Shown here: positions 1-14,067 of the stretch, piece by piece
How positions within the stretch are numbered: the stretch's first letter is position 1
How the letters are laid out: every line of letters begins with the position of its first letter
Assembly: GCF_001194135.2 (NCBI RefSeq)
Contig: NC_068982.1
Coordinates: 166,617,138 to 166,681,137, forward strand
Origin: Octopus bimaculoides
Lineage: Eukaryota
Direction of reading: 5' to 3'
DNA length: 64,000 nt
The notes under the pieces: model-generated
Told to the model about the DNA's origin: nothing
The model's database searches: none
Seen by the model: the letters and a program-made list of their open reading frames with translations, nothing else
Program-made: the position numbers and the translations under genes

Positions 1-962
1 TTCAGAGGTTTCCTTGATCAGAGTTGACCTTGAACTAAACAATACACACACACGCACACACACACATGTATACACTCAAACACATTTTGCATACATTTTA
101 CCAAGATAATGAGTTTATGTAAGTATGGTTCCCTGGTTAATAGAGAACATAATCAGCTAAGGGATCACTGCAGTTAAATACTGGTTTATAATCAGTGTAG
201 CAAAATCAGCTTCAGTGATGTCTAAGATGAGCTTGTATACAGTGTTATTAGTGAAAAAAGGACCCCTTCTAGATCTGTTTTAGACCTATAAAAGGTTATA
301 TAAAATGTACTGTACATTTAAACTGTAGGTTTCATTTTACATGTGACTGCACTTTCCATCATAAAAATATGGTACCAGTACTAATTGAATCAAAATAAAA
401 ATTAGATCCCACTGATCAACTACAAGTCAACTACTGATATCTAGTGGATCAACTATTGATATCTCTAATAAAGCAAAATCAGCTAAGGAAGGAAAAAATG
501 AAGTTTTACAGTGATGCTGTAATTTTATATAATTTTTTCTGTATATTTTCCCAATTGTTGTAGTCAACAAGTGAATTACAAATGTATATTTCCTTCTATC
601 TCAGGTATGCATCTGGGTTTTGTTAGGTCTCTAGCTCTCTTAACAACAAATAAACCTTCACACTTAATTCAAACACTACAATCTTATGTAAAGAGGACAC
701 CACACATCACTCCTTGTCCACCTTTCCAACACAATTGTTATACACACTTCATGCATGCCTTACATCTATGAAAAGACCAGCTAGAAACAGAAGCTAGATT
801 TCACTCAAAATATACCCTGCCATCTTAGGAAGAATATATCAGACAATGTAGTCCCAGATATGAACGACCAAAATATTCACTCACAAATTTTACAAATGCT
901 AAGCCACACAATCTCTTCTGAACAAACATAGTTGCTACCACCTCTCTCTCATATATCTGTGC

Positions 963-1021
<59 letters not shown>

Positions 1022-1046
1022 TAGATAGATAGCTAGATAGATAGAT

Positions 1047-1422
1047 AAATCATAGTCATGGCTAATGCCAGTGTTGCGTAAGTGGCACTCATACTAGTGG
1101 CATGTAAAAAGCACCCTTCGAATGTTGGACCTCACAAAGGAAGTGGTAGGTGACCGAGACCTTTGGTGATATACCATGCTTGAAAAGACCTGTCAAGCCA
1201 AATGAGATCGTAGTTGTGGTCACTGCTGGTGTTATATAACTAGCACCCATGCTGGTGGCATATAAAAAGTACCAACTACACTCTTGGAGTGGTTGGCATT
1301 AGCAAGGGCATCCAGCTATAGAAACCATGTCTAATCAGATTGGAACCTGGTACAGTTCCCCAGCTTACCAGTCAAACCATCCAACCTATGCCAGCATGGA
1401 AAATGGATGTTAAATGATGATA
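1047..1422 (+). repeat. 5'-truncated RTE 3'UTR copy
   Basis: ttagcaagggcatccagc...agcatggaaaatggatgttaaatgatgat. Similar copies at about 7400-7890 (+), 10830-11150 (-), 25700-26050, 35495-35680 (-), 41070-41550 (-), 49190-49430 (-). Confidence 0.75.
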
Positions 1423-1504
1423 TGTGTGTGTGCATTATATCATATTTATGTAGATAGATAGATAGATATATGTGTGTGTGTGCATAATATATAAAGATAT
1501 TCTG

Positions 1505-1687
1505 TTATTTTGGTTCAGTCATTTGACTGAGACCATGCTGGAGCACCACTTTTAGTTGAGCAAATCAACCCCAGGACTTATTCGTTGTAAGCCTAGTACT
1601 TATTCTATCAGCCTCTTTGGCCAAACCACTAAGTTATGGGGACATAAACACACCAGCATCTGTTGTCAAGTGATGTTGGCGGGACAA

Positions 1688-1729
<42 letters not shown>

Positions 1730-1884
1730 GATGAGCTTCTTTCAGTTTCTGTCTACAAAATCCACTCATAAAGCTTTGGTTGGCCCAAAGCTATAGTAGA
1801 AGACACTTGCTCAAGGTGCCACACAGTGGGACTGAACCCAGAACCATGTGATTGGCAAGCAAGCTATTTACCACACAGCCACTC

Positions 1885-1885
<1 letters not shown>
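1505..1885 (-). mobile_element. tRNA-derived SINE (family B), CpG-decayed copy
   Basis: Reverse strand has a B-box-like GGTTCAGTCCC head. Other copies at 9085-9505, 24140-24310, 48770-48945, 51310-51470, 63530-63795 (-) and 41620-41990 (+). Confidence 0.8.
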
Positions 1886-1925
<40 letters not shown>

Positions 1926-2469
1926 AATCAAAATAAGCAACAAGGATATTCATGCAACTCTATTTAATTGAACAATGCAATCATTACATCAATTTAAAAT
2001 GCAGAGCAATCCACAGCTGCACAAAGACATATAATTTAATTAAATTAGAACAGATGGACACATTAGTATAATTATACCTAAAAGTCTCCAAGAAGTTAAG
2101 GAAATAGACAAAGAACATGTTGTCTCTACTACAACAAAGAAGTTAAATAAATTGTCAAGAAGACTCTGCCTGTCACTGATTTTATTTGTTTTTATAGGGT
2201 CAGTTTTAATTTATAGACTAGTTTATCAAACCTTGTCTATCTAAGGCTGAGAGATAGGGGTAGGGCTGAGAGAGCAGACAGAAATCATAGTTGGTATAGT
2301 CATAAAAATCATGAGGTTTGGTAAAGGAAAACTTAAAACAAGATGTTGGCTGACAACTTAGGGGGTCACCCACTAGCAGTCCATTGACAATGAAACAGGG
2401 GAAGTCTTATTATGTAGTACTATAGTTAAATGTTTTAAAACAATGTTGCTATATTGTATACAGATAAAG

Positions 2470-3610
2470 TTTATGGCTATTCAGAGGGTTATTAAGAAGA
2501 ATATATTAACAAAAGGATAGAAATTTATGGATACTTTTGAGTATATACCAAACTTTTACCACAATAGAAGGAGGAAAAAAATTATTCAGAAATAGTTTAA
2601 TATTTATACATATTGTACACTTAAATACTAACTCATCAGATGGTATCTGTGAATATTGATTAATTGGTATTAACAAAGGAGTATTGAGGTAAAAGAACAT
2701 TTTAATTATATATTAATAAAGTTATAATCTAAGCAGTTTTTTTTTTTATATGTAATGAATATACCAGTATAATTTTATATAAGCTAGGTATGAATTTATA
2801 GAGATACAAAGATTAGCTTTATTTTTATGAATAAATAAAGGCTAATTATAAATTAATAAGGAAATGAAATAAAATAAAATAAAATAATCAATTAGGGCAG
2901 AATACCACAGAAATAAAATAGCTTAATTACTAATGCTATGGTAAAATATATTTAGCTTATTAACACCAATAGAGAAGATTTATAGAAAAAGTATAATAAT
3001 TCAAAATATATTAGACTAAAAATTATATATTTACTCATTTAGCTAATATCAATAAAAGACTGATGTCTGGTATCAGTTAAAGGAATATTTAAGTTATGGA
3101 ACATTCAAATTTTACACTAATCCTTCTATATATAAACTAAGGGTTATATTATAGGTTTAAGAAGTTATTGTTACTCCTTACATGATATTTATAGTTTCTT
3201 GGTGGTACTTGTTTAGAAGGGTTATTCATATAAAGGTCTTTATAAAATACTAAGATCAGGAGGGTAGAGCCATTTAAGAAAGAGATAAATCAAGTAATCT
3301 CTAAAGATCATTTCAAACATTTTTGTCTTATTGTACAAAGTTAAAATTCAGGGTAATCAAGAAGATTATTAAGAATGAAATTTTAACAAAAGGATAAAAC
3401 GTCTATGAATATTATGAGTATATACCAAATTGTTTTTTACCGGAATAGAGGGAGGAAAAGAAAGTTGCAAAGAAAATAGTTTAATATTTATTTACTTATT
3501 ACCTATCTAAAATATTAACTTATTTTATGGTTTCTATAAAGACTGATCAATTGGATTTACCTGGTATTTAATAATGGACCAACTGAGGTTAAAAAAACAT
3601 ATTAATTGTA
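2470..3610. repeat. Two diverged AT-rich direct copies (about 2470-2720 and 3345-3610) of an unknown old repeat
   Basis: Shared aacaaaaggata...gagtatataccaaa...aatagagggagg...aaatagtttaatattta. Confidence 0.5.
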
Positions 3611-6600
3611 TACTGATTTAATTAAATTGAACTATTTTAAGGAGTATTGAGGGAGAAGGTTTAGTGCCAGGTGATGAGAAGTTAGGGCATGAATAGAGAG
3701 GCAGAAATAGGTGCCTTGCTGTAGAGGCGATACATGACCACCTCGGTTGGAGAGAGAGAGAGAGGGGAGGAGATATTGGATAGTTCAGCTATGACAAGGT
3801 ACTTCTTACTGCCAACTAGACAGTCCTGTTGGGTTTTAAGTTCTGCTTCAATATATCTTTCAATTGTTTTCAAACAAAACATAGCATGCACAGTTATTTG
3901 ATGGAAAGATATAGTTGGAGTCAATTGGCAATTAAGACCATCATCAGTGTTTTTAATGTATCACATTGTTGGATAACTCTAATTAACATAGGCATTTGTC
4001 TCAGGTTATTAGTAGGACATTTTTCTGTTTACCACTAACATTTGATACAGTCCAGTTTCTAACAACTCACCACTATTGTTTGTCTTAATAGTCCCCAACA
4101 GGATAAAAAGTCAGAAGAACTTTGATAAACTCTGAACTTGTAATTGTAGGTTATGAAACAAATCAATTTAGTCTGCTTCTTATGAGATAAAGGTGCTAAA
4201 CCATTATCCACAAGGTCATGATTTCAGATTTGATATAAACCTAAGTAAGGCGTAAACATTAATCACCAGTGTATGTTCCATTATAGCAAAAGCGTTAAAT
4301 GAAAGGTAGTTGTGAAGTGAACTAATAATCTAAGCTGTAAAAAAACTACAATTCAGTGAACAAATATGTATGTAATAGAAATCCAACTGATGATATTATT
4401 ATTAAATGAAAGAACCCGAATGGAAAAGAGAAAGAAACAAAAAACTACAACAGTCGTCTTTAACAAGATGTCGAAGTTTAGTAAGATACAATGTGGTTAG
4501 CTTCCAAACAACATAGTACATCAATTCATCCAACTAAATCTATCTTTCCATATTAAGAGACAGATTAATATCTCTTTTAAATATCTTAAACAATAAAGGC
4601 TTTAATATTTGGTTCTCATTGCAGAAACTGTTGAAAAGCTGAAACAAAAGTTCCAAACCTGAAAGAATTATCTAAGGTCAATATGGCAAAGATTAAAGCA
4701 CTAGTGAGTAATGAAGAGAACTGTGGAATCTCGACATGTTAGAAGAAAACTGAAGAAAACATGGGAGGAAGAGTCAGATCATAAACAAGATGACAAATGA
4801 TCAAAGACATATGGTAATAGGTTATATGGCAGTAATAATGTATATAAGCATCAAGAAAAGATCAACGAAATAATTACACACAAATATACACATAAATATA
4901 TATATATATGTATACACACACACACCTCTGTGAATATTTATAAATCGGATGAATAACTTTCTGAACGCACTTTAGAATGTCAATGACTAAAGGAGGTGTG
5001 CCATTGCAGATATGGAAACATTATAGTACAGCAGAACTTAACTGTATAACTGAGCAGCCATGTAATCATTCAGCTTGCTAGAAAAAGTAGCCAAATACCA
5101 GTCTACCACCTTACAGAAGAGAAGAGATCCATTGGGCAATACAAAAAGATGGGATTGTCACAACAGGGTCAACTTCATTATGGTTTCTGAGGTTAAACAA
5201 CCGGATGAAAAAAGTTATACTCAGATTTAGAAGTGAGGAAACAGTCAAACTTATTGGGAACATTTATGATAGAGCACAAAAAGGGAATACACAGTGAAAC
5301 CTGTTAGGGCAAGATATTAACTGGTAACTTGATGATTAGATGTCACAAGTGAAAAAAGGAAAAAAATGACAAAGTAAGCTGGGAGTAGTAATTAAGACAA
5401 TGTTATAGGTCATCAGACAAAAAAAAAATTCACAAATATTTATATCACTTGAATTCATTCATATTTCAGCAACCATTTAAATATAACCCAAATTTATGAT
5501 ACCCACTATTTTGCAAATAATTCACTAGTAACCTTGGCAAAACTGAAGTCAGTACACAAAATAGATGTCAATAGAAAGAAGAGATTTTCTTTCGTGAATT
5601 ACATGAATATTCATAGGCAATGTGTGTATGATGGGGAGATTACTTGCTTTTACAGAGAAATTAAGGGTAATGGAAAAAACACTTTTTGCTACTGTCTGAA
5701 GCCATTTTGTTTCAGTTATACATCGTTAATGCTCCCTTGGAAAATCATAAATATCCTAACATTTCATTTAACATCTTCTACAAATGTGTCTGTTTAATCA
5801 AAATAAATCAGTCTTAGCATAAACAGGATAGAAGATAAAATATCTGCTCCCCAAGTGAGCCAGCGGTATGCTAAAAACTAAACCAAATTTCTCTCAAATC
5901 ACATTCTACCATCTAAAAAGAAGGATACTTTGACTAATTTAGTGCCAAATATAGAATGTTTCAAAAGAAAAACATGATCGTCATGGGTGAAATGCTTCTG
6001 ATTGTGAATCCCTTAGATCAGAGATGACCTGGGGGTTAAACAACAGAACTAAAATATAAGAACACACAGACATCCGTTGTTACTCATACACTTGTACACT
6101 ACTCTAACTCACATCTTTTGAACTACTTATAAATACAGTATGAGTAAAATGTTTAAGTATTTATCTTATAAAGAGATGTCCAAGTTCACTGTTATTGTTA
6201 TAATAATACTCAGCAAGCTTTATCATCATATGCTACTGAATTTCGTTATCATTCATTTTATATGTGCACATGCTCGTTTATTTTAATTAGGCCTTAATTT
6301 TAGAAATTACAGTAGAAATACACTATGTGTACATTACTAATTGTGTGTTTAAAATAGAAATTTATTTCTGTAACTACATTTATTTACATGCCTTTCACTA
6401 TTCATCCCACATGCTGAAACTTAAAAGCCAATGTTTTCATTCTAACAGGCATCTATTATTTTACTAGTCAAAATTACCACTGTTCCAATGTCTTTAAATT
6501 CTATTTCACACTAAAATTTACTTTTTATCAATTCTATTCAAGTTTTCCTTTCATTAAAAGCTATTCATAAATTCCTATAACAATATTTTTTTTTTTTTTT

Positions 6601-6619
6601 TTTCAGTTACGCTACTCAC

Positions 6620-6669
6620 AATAAACTCTCCTGAAATCTTTGAACCCCTTGTTGGACTATTTTCATCTT
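6620..6669 (-). CDS. Candidate 50-nt internal exon (E-DENSPTRGSKISGEFI)
   Basis: Acceptor ttacttctaattag| and strong |GTGAGT donor; phase 1 entry is compatible with the 16568-16612 exon. No homology recognised. Confidence 0.25.
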
Positions 6670-6925
6670 CTAATTAGAAGTAACCAATATCACTTCAGGC
6701 AATTATTTCACCAGTAGTTGAGATTTTCATTATTGCCATGATTACCAAATTTGCAGAGCACTTGCCAAACAAAAATTTTGGTTCTGAAGGCACTGAAACA
6801 ATCCTAATAACTCCACAGAATTACTGAAAATAATCTGCAATTATTTTGACATTTTGTTAATAGGGATGAATCTACAGAGAAGTGACGGTGGAATCTACAT
6901 TGTTCAATAAGCGCTTTCAACTTAA

Positions 6926-7146
6926 CCCATTTGTTACCATATATCTTTTGAAATACAGTACCTTTATTTCAATCAATTTTTAAAATTAAAAGTAATCAGT
7001 AAAATATCTTTATCATTATTAAGCTGGTGTTTAGAACATAAATTGATATAAAATTCTGATGGAAGGTTTTAATGGAGATCACTTTAAATAAGGAAGTTTC
7101 TATCACAGAACCAAAGCTAGTCTCAGGTTGGTTGGTACCAGGAGAG
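6926..7146. mobile_element. piggyBac-type MITE, second family
   Basis: TTAA|CCCATTTGTTACC ... GGTACCAGGAGAG|TTAA with degenerate TIRs. Confidence 0.5.
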
Positions 7147-7399
7147 TTAAAAGAATTTTTGTTTTATTAATACTATATAATACTAGCTTGTTAATATTAT
7201 CAGTAATCAAAATGTAAATTTATGATATTCATTCTTTCTCCCTAATGAAGTTGATTTTTGCCTTTAGTTCCTACTAGATCAATAAAATAAGAAGCACAGG
7301 GAATATCAGAAATGCTCTAATAAACACAAGAGTTAAAGGGTCCATTCTTAACTGTTTTCTACAGTGTTTTAACAAATGAGAGGTAAAACTCTCTCTGGG

Positions 7400-7890
7400 C
7401 TTGAGAAGACCTGGCAAGCCAAATGAGACCACAACCGTGGCCTATGCCAGTGCAGCATAACCAGCCCATCTAAGAGTACCCTTCAATCATTAGGCAATAA
7501 ACTGCGCTTGCGAAGACCTGTTGAGGCAAGGGAAATCGTTGTTGTGGCCGATGACAGTACCGGCAGTGGCATGTTAAAAGCACCATTTGAGCATGATCAT
7601 TGCCAGTGCCACCTGACTGGCTCCCGTGCCAGTGGCTCATAAAAAAGCACCATTCGAACGTAATTGTTGTCAGTGTCACCTGACTGGCCCTCGTGCCGGT
7701 GGCATGTAAAAAGCACCACTACACTCTCGGAGTGGTTGGCGTTAGGAAGGGCATCCAGCTGTAGAGATTTTGCAAGATCAGATTGGAACCTGGTGCAGCC
7801 TTCTGGCTCACCAGCCTTCAGTCAAACCGTCCAACCTATGCCAGCATGGAAAGCGGACATTAAACGATGATGATGATGTTGATGATGATA
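7400..7890 (+). repeat. 5'-truncated RTE 3'UTR copy
   Basis: Starts cttgagaagacctggcaagcc (RTE ORF end) and ends (gat)n. Confidence 0.8.
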
Positions 7891-7942
7891 ATATTAAAGT
7901 TTCTGGTGTATTCGGTGTGGGTATATCCTTGCTGTTTGTTAA

Positions 7943-8151
7943 CTTTTTAGCATTTAAACAGTCATATCCAGCCCAAATATTCTACCTGTTTTATGTCTGA
8001 ACCAGCCAGATCTGACCTCTGATGCTTACCCTACAATGTCATTCTCACAATACCTAATCATATCATCAAGATCTCAAAACTATGAGATTAATTCAAAATA
8101 ATGTGAACAAATAAGCATTACATTTGACAGAGTAATGTGAATGCTGAAGAA
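7943..8151. mobile_element. piggyBac-type MITE (same family as 25149-25368, opposite orientation)
   Basis: TTAA flanks and shared internal sequence (ccagcccaaatattctacc...cattctcac...atttgacagagtaat). Confidence 0.55.
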
Positions 8152-9084
8152 TTAAACTACAATATTTTAATCCTACTTCAGCGTATTGAGCACTATCTAT
8201 TACACTCAATGATGTATTGATGTAAGATACACCCAATGTTGTACTGATGTACACACACATACACACACACATTCACATACAGTCAGATGGAAATAAAGTC
8301 TTTCTTCTTTTCTTACATACATACATAATAATTATATGAGGTGTCTACATGGAAATGAAAATACAATAAATAGGTATTCAGTGTAATATTTAAAGAAACA
8401 AAGGTTAAAATGAGACAGGAAACAAAGATTATAAAATGATGTAAGGAGCAATAAAGAAAATAGACTGAGAAAAAAAAATAGGGTCAAACAGCTATAAATT
8501 GCTTTGAATGTAGGTTAATAAGACAATAATCGTTGTTTTTATTTGCTTTAATCTAAAACGAAAATACATGTAGCTGCCAAACTAAATTTCAATGGAATAT
8601 ATAAAATATACTTTTGGTATTTTAACTGGTAAAGTAGTACTAAATTGGAGGTTTTTATAGTATTTAAGCATAGTGCCTTATATTTTTAGGTTCAAATTCT
8701 ATTGGATTATCTTTGTTTTTCATTCCACCCAAGTGGTTGTATAAATAACACTGAAATGATGGTGGTGATGGTAGTGGTGGCAGTAATAGATTAACAATCT
8801 ATATTCATAGGACTGGCTTTGCATCACTGTAACAGATCAACATTAACTTAATGAAATATTGCGGAACTAGTGGAGTTGGTAGTAGAGAGTTGTTTTGGAT
8901 GCTTTACAGTATATCACATTTGATGATTCACAGTTTTAAGTCCTAATTCCTAACGGGGAAGGAAGGGCAACAAAGTAAAAATCAGTAATTAGCTAAGGTC
9001 AATTTCACCAACAATAATCCCTTATCTATAAGTAAAGGGCCCAATGTCTAGTTAAAAAATAAACCCCAAAATTCATTACATAAT

Positions 9085-9505
9085 TATTCTTTTACTTGTT
9101 CCAGTCATTTGATTGTGGCCATGCTGGAGCACCGCCTTGGAGGGTTTTAGTTGAACAAATTGACCCCAAGACTTTTTTTCTTTTTAAGCCTAGTACTTAG
9201 TCTATCGGTCTCTAAGTTACAGGGATGTAAACACACCAACATCAGTTATCAAGCAGTGACGACGGGACAAACACAGACACAAAGACACACACACAGATAT
9301 ATACATGCATACATACATACATATATATATATATAAATATATATGATAGGCTTTTTTCAGTTTCTGTCTACCAAATCCACTCACAAAGTTTTGGTCAGCC
9401 CAAGGCTATAGTAGAAGACACATGCCCAAGGTGCCATGCAGTGGGACTGGACCCGGAACTATGTGGTTGGGAAGCAGCTTCTTACCATACAGCCATGCCT
9501 GTGCC
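9085..9505 (-). mobile_element. tRNA-derived SINE (family B)
   Basis: cagtcatttgattgtggccatgctggagcacc...cccaaggtgccatgcagtgggactggacccgg. Confidence 0.8.
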
Positions 9506-9872
9506 TGTATTGTTACAGATAAGTTATAAAAATACAAGTTAAAGTAACATAATACACAAACATGTATAAATATATGTACATAACACACTCCAGTACTGAT
9601 TTGTATGTACTGCTGCATATGTAAGTACATAACTTATCAACTGTTTCCTCAGTCCCACCCAATAAGTAAGGAGAATATTAACAGCTTTTGACTTCCTAAT
9701 ACACTAAACATGGTACCTGATGACATTTCTGCCTGATCTTACACACTGAATGTCACTCAGCTTATTAGACAGATGCAAAATAACAATTGCAATACTAAAT
9801 CTATTAATTGTAATATCATCTCAAGTTACGTCTATGCATTCATTCATATTTTGCACTGGTATTATGATTTTA

Positions 9873-10107
9873 NNNNNNNNNNNNNNNNNNNNNNNNNNNN
9901 NNNNNNNNNNNNNNNNNNNNNNNNNNNNNNNNNNNNNNNNNNNNNNNNNNNNNNNNNNNNNNNNNNNNNNNNNNNNNNNNNNNNNNNNNNNNNNNNNNNN
10001 NNNNNNNNNNNNNNNNNNNNNNNNNNNNNNNNNNNNNNNNNNNNNNNNNNNNNNNNNNNNNNNNNNNNNNNNNNNNNNNNNNNNNNNNNNNNNNNNNNNN
10101 NNNNNNN
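9873..10107. other. Assembly gap (other gaps at 14340-14970, 41355-41364, 54431-55034, 62456-62649)
   Basis: Runs of N. Confidence 1.
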
Positions 10108-10365
10108 CGATCTTACTTGGCTTGCCGGGTCTTCTCACGCACAGCCCATTTCCAAAGGTCTCGGTCCGTAGTCATCGCCTCGGTGAGGCCCAATGTACGA
10201 AGGTCTTGCCTCACCACCTCAGCCCAGGTCTTCCTGGGCCTACCTCTTCCACGGGTTCCCTCAACTGTTAGGGTGTGGCACTTTTTCACGCAGCTATCCT
10301 CCTCCATTCTCACCACATGTCCATACCAGCGCAATCGTCTCTCTTGCACGCCACAACTGATGCTT
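10108..10365 (-). mobile_element. RTE LINE 3' coding end
   Basis: ERRLRWYGHVVRMEE...GRGRPRKTW...DL...DRDLWK...REKTRQAK*. Confidence 0.85.
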
Positions 10366-11479
10366 CTTTCTTTATGCTATCAGATCATTGGCAAAGTTAA
10401 AAATCTTCTTAGTAGGCGACATTTATGATTTCATATATATATAAATGCATAGATGTAACCAAATATGCAATGAATACTGTGAAAGTGAATACACTTTACT
10501 GGTAAGCTACCAGATATAAACCATAAGATTTATTATCTAATATATATATATTAGTAAAATAACACCAACTTTCCAGAGATGGATGGTCTGGAAAGTTGGT
10601 CTTATAATCTGCACTAATTTACGAGCCAGAACTTCAAATTCACACAGCCACCCAAGTAGTTTACTGATATCTTGCACAGTACAGCATTAATAAAGTTGTA
10701 TCAATTATACTAATGTACAAATACCTGTATTCCATTTAATTGCTTAAGGAAATTCAATATTTGATTAATTTAGAATGTGTTGACTATGGTGACCACTCCT
10801 GGCTCAGAAAAATTAATAATACAGAAAGGCTTTGGAACCAAAGATTCCTGAAAATTCCAAGAGCTGTAAGTCAGAAGATGGCACCAAGCTTCAATGTCTA
10901 CTTTGGCATGGTTTCTACAGCTGGATGCCCTTCCTAATGCCAATTGCTTTACAGTGTGTACTAGGTGCATTTTACTTGGCATCAGCACTAGTGAGGTCAC
11001 CAAGTAACTTGCAAGACGAAGACCCCTAACGGAGAGGGAGAGTGGTACTGAGAGAGGAGGCTTTGTGCCAGATTATGAGGAGTTAAACTATGACAGAGGA
11101 ACACAAACAGATGTCTTGCTGTAGAGAAGATATATGGCTACCCTAGAGAGAGAGAGAAAATGACGGAGATGTGCTAGGGTGAATAAGCAAGTTCACAAGT
11201 GCAAAGGAGAATGGGAGGAAGAGGAGGAGAAAGGGAAGGTAGAGTGGTGAACATAGGTAGATAAGGGGAAAGCAGGATAGCAATGATACAGTTGGCAGGA
11301 GAAGGACAGGAGAAAGAGATGACAAAGCAATGTTTGGCTGCAGGAGCAGGTGGGGAGATGCAAGTGTAGTGCATGAAGTGGAGTTTGATTCACTGGAGTG
11401 AAGTGAATTAATGTAATGTGTAGGTGAACACAATGCAGAACACTTCCAGAACTTAGTTTTGTTGAGGTGAGTAGGTCTT

Positions 11480-12740
11480 CTCAAGAATTTCTTATTTCTA
11501 GTCATGTCCTCCATGATACTCAACATCTTGAGATCAGCCCGTACTACTTCATTCAATACCTCTTCTACAGATTCCATCCATTTTAAATGATCAGCACTTC
11601 TTTATACATCTGTCCTCTTTCATATGCATCAAATGACTAAATTTTTGCATGCAACATCTGATTCCTCATACACCGAACTTTTCTCAAACATATTTGCACT
11701 TTAGTGTACACAGACACTGATGATGCACATCCATTGGCCAATACAAGCTTCATTCCTCTTCAGGCCAGTTCTCCTCTCCATTCAGGGCCTATGTCTCACT
11801 AACATGGAGCATAGCTGTTTGCACACAAGCATCATAGAATCTTCCTTTCACTCTGTGAGAGAAGCCTTTTTGTTGCCACTAGACGTAATAACTCTCTGGA
11901 CTTGCTCCATCCTATTCTTATTCCAGTAACTACACTTTCAGAACATCCTCTTCCGCTTCTAATTTGGTCATCTACAACCTCTAGGGAGCCTCCTGTAACA
12001 TTTGAGAAAATCTCATTTTCAAGTGTCTTTAGTGTTTATTGTTCATGTGCATCTGCCATATACAAAGTCTTTCTCTGTTAACCTACCTGCACTTTTTATG
12101 AGTCCATAACTTGTACTACGTGTAGTGAATGGAATTCCTTTTAAAACCTTATCTGCTTTCTTGTTAAATTTAAGGCTCTTTGATTCTAAGTTTTGCTTCC
12201 ATACCTAGTAATCCTATTTGAATTCTGCTACAGATTCTGCTATAAAAGCAAAGTCATCAGCAAATAGTAGATCTCAGGGGCAGCCAGTCTTAAATTTCTT
12301 TGTAGTGACCTGGGCAACTATGATGAATAAGAGGAGACTGAGAGCCAAACCCTGGTGAACTACTACTTGAACACTAAATTCATCACTGTACTCATGGCTG
12401 ACTCTCACCCTATAAACAGCCCCACTATACATGGTTTTTATAGCTCTAAGCCATTCATCTACTCTTAACTTAGAGACCATCAGATAATAGAGCAAGGGAC
12501 TCTGTCAAAAGTTTTCTCCACATTGATGAATGCCAAGTACAATAGTTTACTTCAAGCTAGATACTTCTCTGCAGCTGTCTGACAATGAAGATTGCGTTCG
12601 TAGTACTCCTCCTTGACACAAAACCAAACTGCATCTTGTCTGGTCTAATTCTGTTTCTAATCATTTGGCTATAACTCTCTCTGTAACTTTCATGGCCTGG
12701 TCCAGCAGTTTGATACTTCTGTAACTGTTTGTATCAAGGT
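11480..12740 (-). mobile_element. Degenerate RTE LINE RT fragment
   Basis: QVVVHQGLALSLLLFIIV and ADDFAF motifs, with stops and frameshifts. Confidence 0.75.
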
Positions 12741-12774
12741 AGATGAATATATGTGTGAGAGAGAGAGAGAGAGA

Positions 12775-13966
12775 GAGTTCTGATCAAAAAGTATCAAGAT
12801 TGGTGCTATAAAAAGAAAACTACAATACATATCAATTTGGTATTTAATCTCCTTCAAAGTAGTCCCAGTGCTACGTAAAATGGCACCTGTGTTGGTGCCA
12901 CAAACAATTCACCCATGTCAGTGCCATGTACTAAGCACCCATGCAGGTACCACATAAAAGCACCTGTGCTGGTGTCACGTATAAAGCACCCAAGTCAGTG
13001 ACATGTATAAAGCATCCAATACACTGTTAAATGATTGAAGTTAGGAAGGGCATCCAGCTAAAACAGACAATTGAAGCCTGGTGTAACTCTCTGGCTAGTC
13101 AGCTCCTGTCAGACCGTTCAACCTACGCCAGCATGGAAAATGGACATTAAATGATGATGATGATGTTTACATTGATGGAAGCATTCCTGGAACTCCTTTT
13201 TCAGGAGAGTCAGCCTTGTCGCATTCTCTTGGATTTCCTCGACCAAAATGTATTGAGACTATTGCTATAGTAATGGAGCTAGAGTACACAGAGTGAAGCT
13301 ACTTGGCACAGATTGACCTTGAACTATGTTGCACATGCACACTAAGTTATAATGTTCTTGTCCACTTCCATTGTTTACAGCAGTGCTTAGACGATCCCAA
13401 CCTCTACAGGATTGAAGTAAGCACAAACGAGCTGAAGCAATGTGAAGTTTTCTTCAACTATGGGCATTGTTCATCATGAGCATGTTCCACCTGGTCAGAC
13501 AGTAAACAAAGAGTACTACAGTGAGATGGTGCGGTGTTTGCAAGATGCTGTGTCAAAAAAGGACAGAATTGCATGCATCTGGTAAGTAGCAACTCCACCA
13601 TGATAACACACCTGCTCATTCAGTGCAGCTTGTGCAGTAGGTTTTGGCCAAGCACAACATTCCCCAGGTCCAACAACCACCATAATCCCCAGATTTCAGT
13701 TTGTGATGTTTTCCTCTTTCCAAATTTCAAATTTCACTTGAAAGGAATGAGATTTCAAGGACATCAAAGAAAGCTAAGAGAATGTGATGAGGCAGCTGCT
13801 TTGTATTCCCAAAAAAGAGTTCCAGGAATGCCTCCTTCACTAAAAATGATGCTGAATAAAGTGTGTGACTTCAGAAGGGGATTACTTTGGAGGAGATTAA
13901 GTGCCAAATTGATGTTGTAGTTTTCTTTTCAAACACCAGTCCTAATATGTTTTGACCAAACCTCAT
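12775..13966 (+). mobile_element. Degenerate mariner, interrupted by an RTE 3'UTR copy at about 12880-13165
   Basis: Imperfect TIRs (gag..tgatcaaaaagtat...ggtg / cacc...ccaaacctcata); residues HDNTPAH and CDVFLFPNFKFHLKG. Confidence 0.7.
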
Positions 13967-14067
13967 ATTATTGTTGTTGATGTCACAAGAATTAATAGAC
14001 TTTCAAGAAAATACAAAATGATTCTTTTTTGGAATCAGTTCTCAAAGCATATAAATGCTATAAATAA

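Noticed and set aside
2160-3620. AT-rich segment resembling a mitochondrial insertion (NUMT)
   Set aside because: No mitochondrial gene could be read in the frames tried under the invertebrate mitochondrial code; it looks like two diverged copies of an old repeat.
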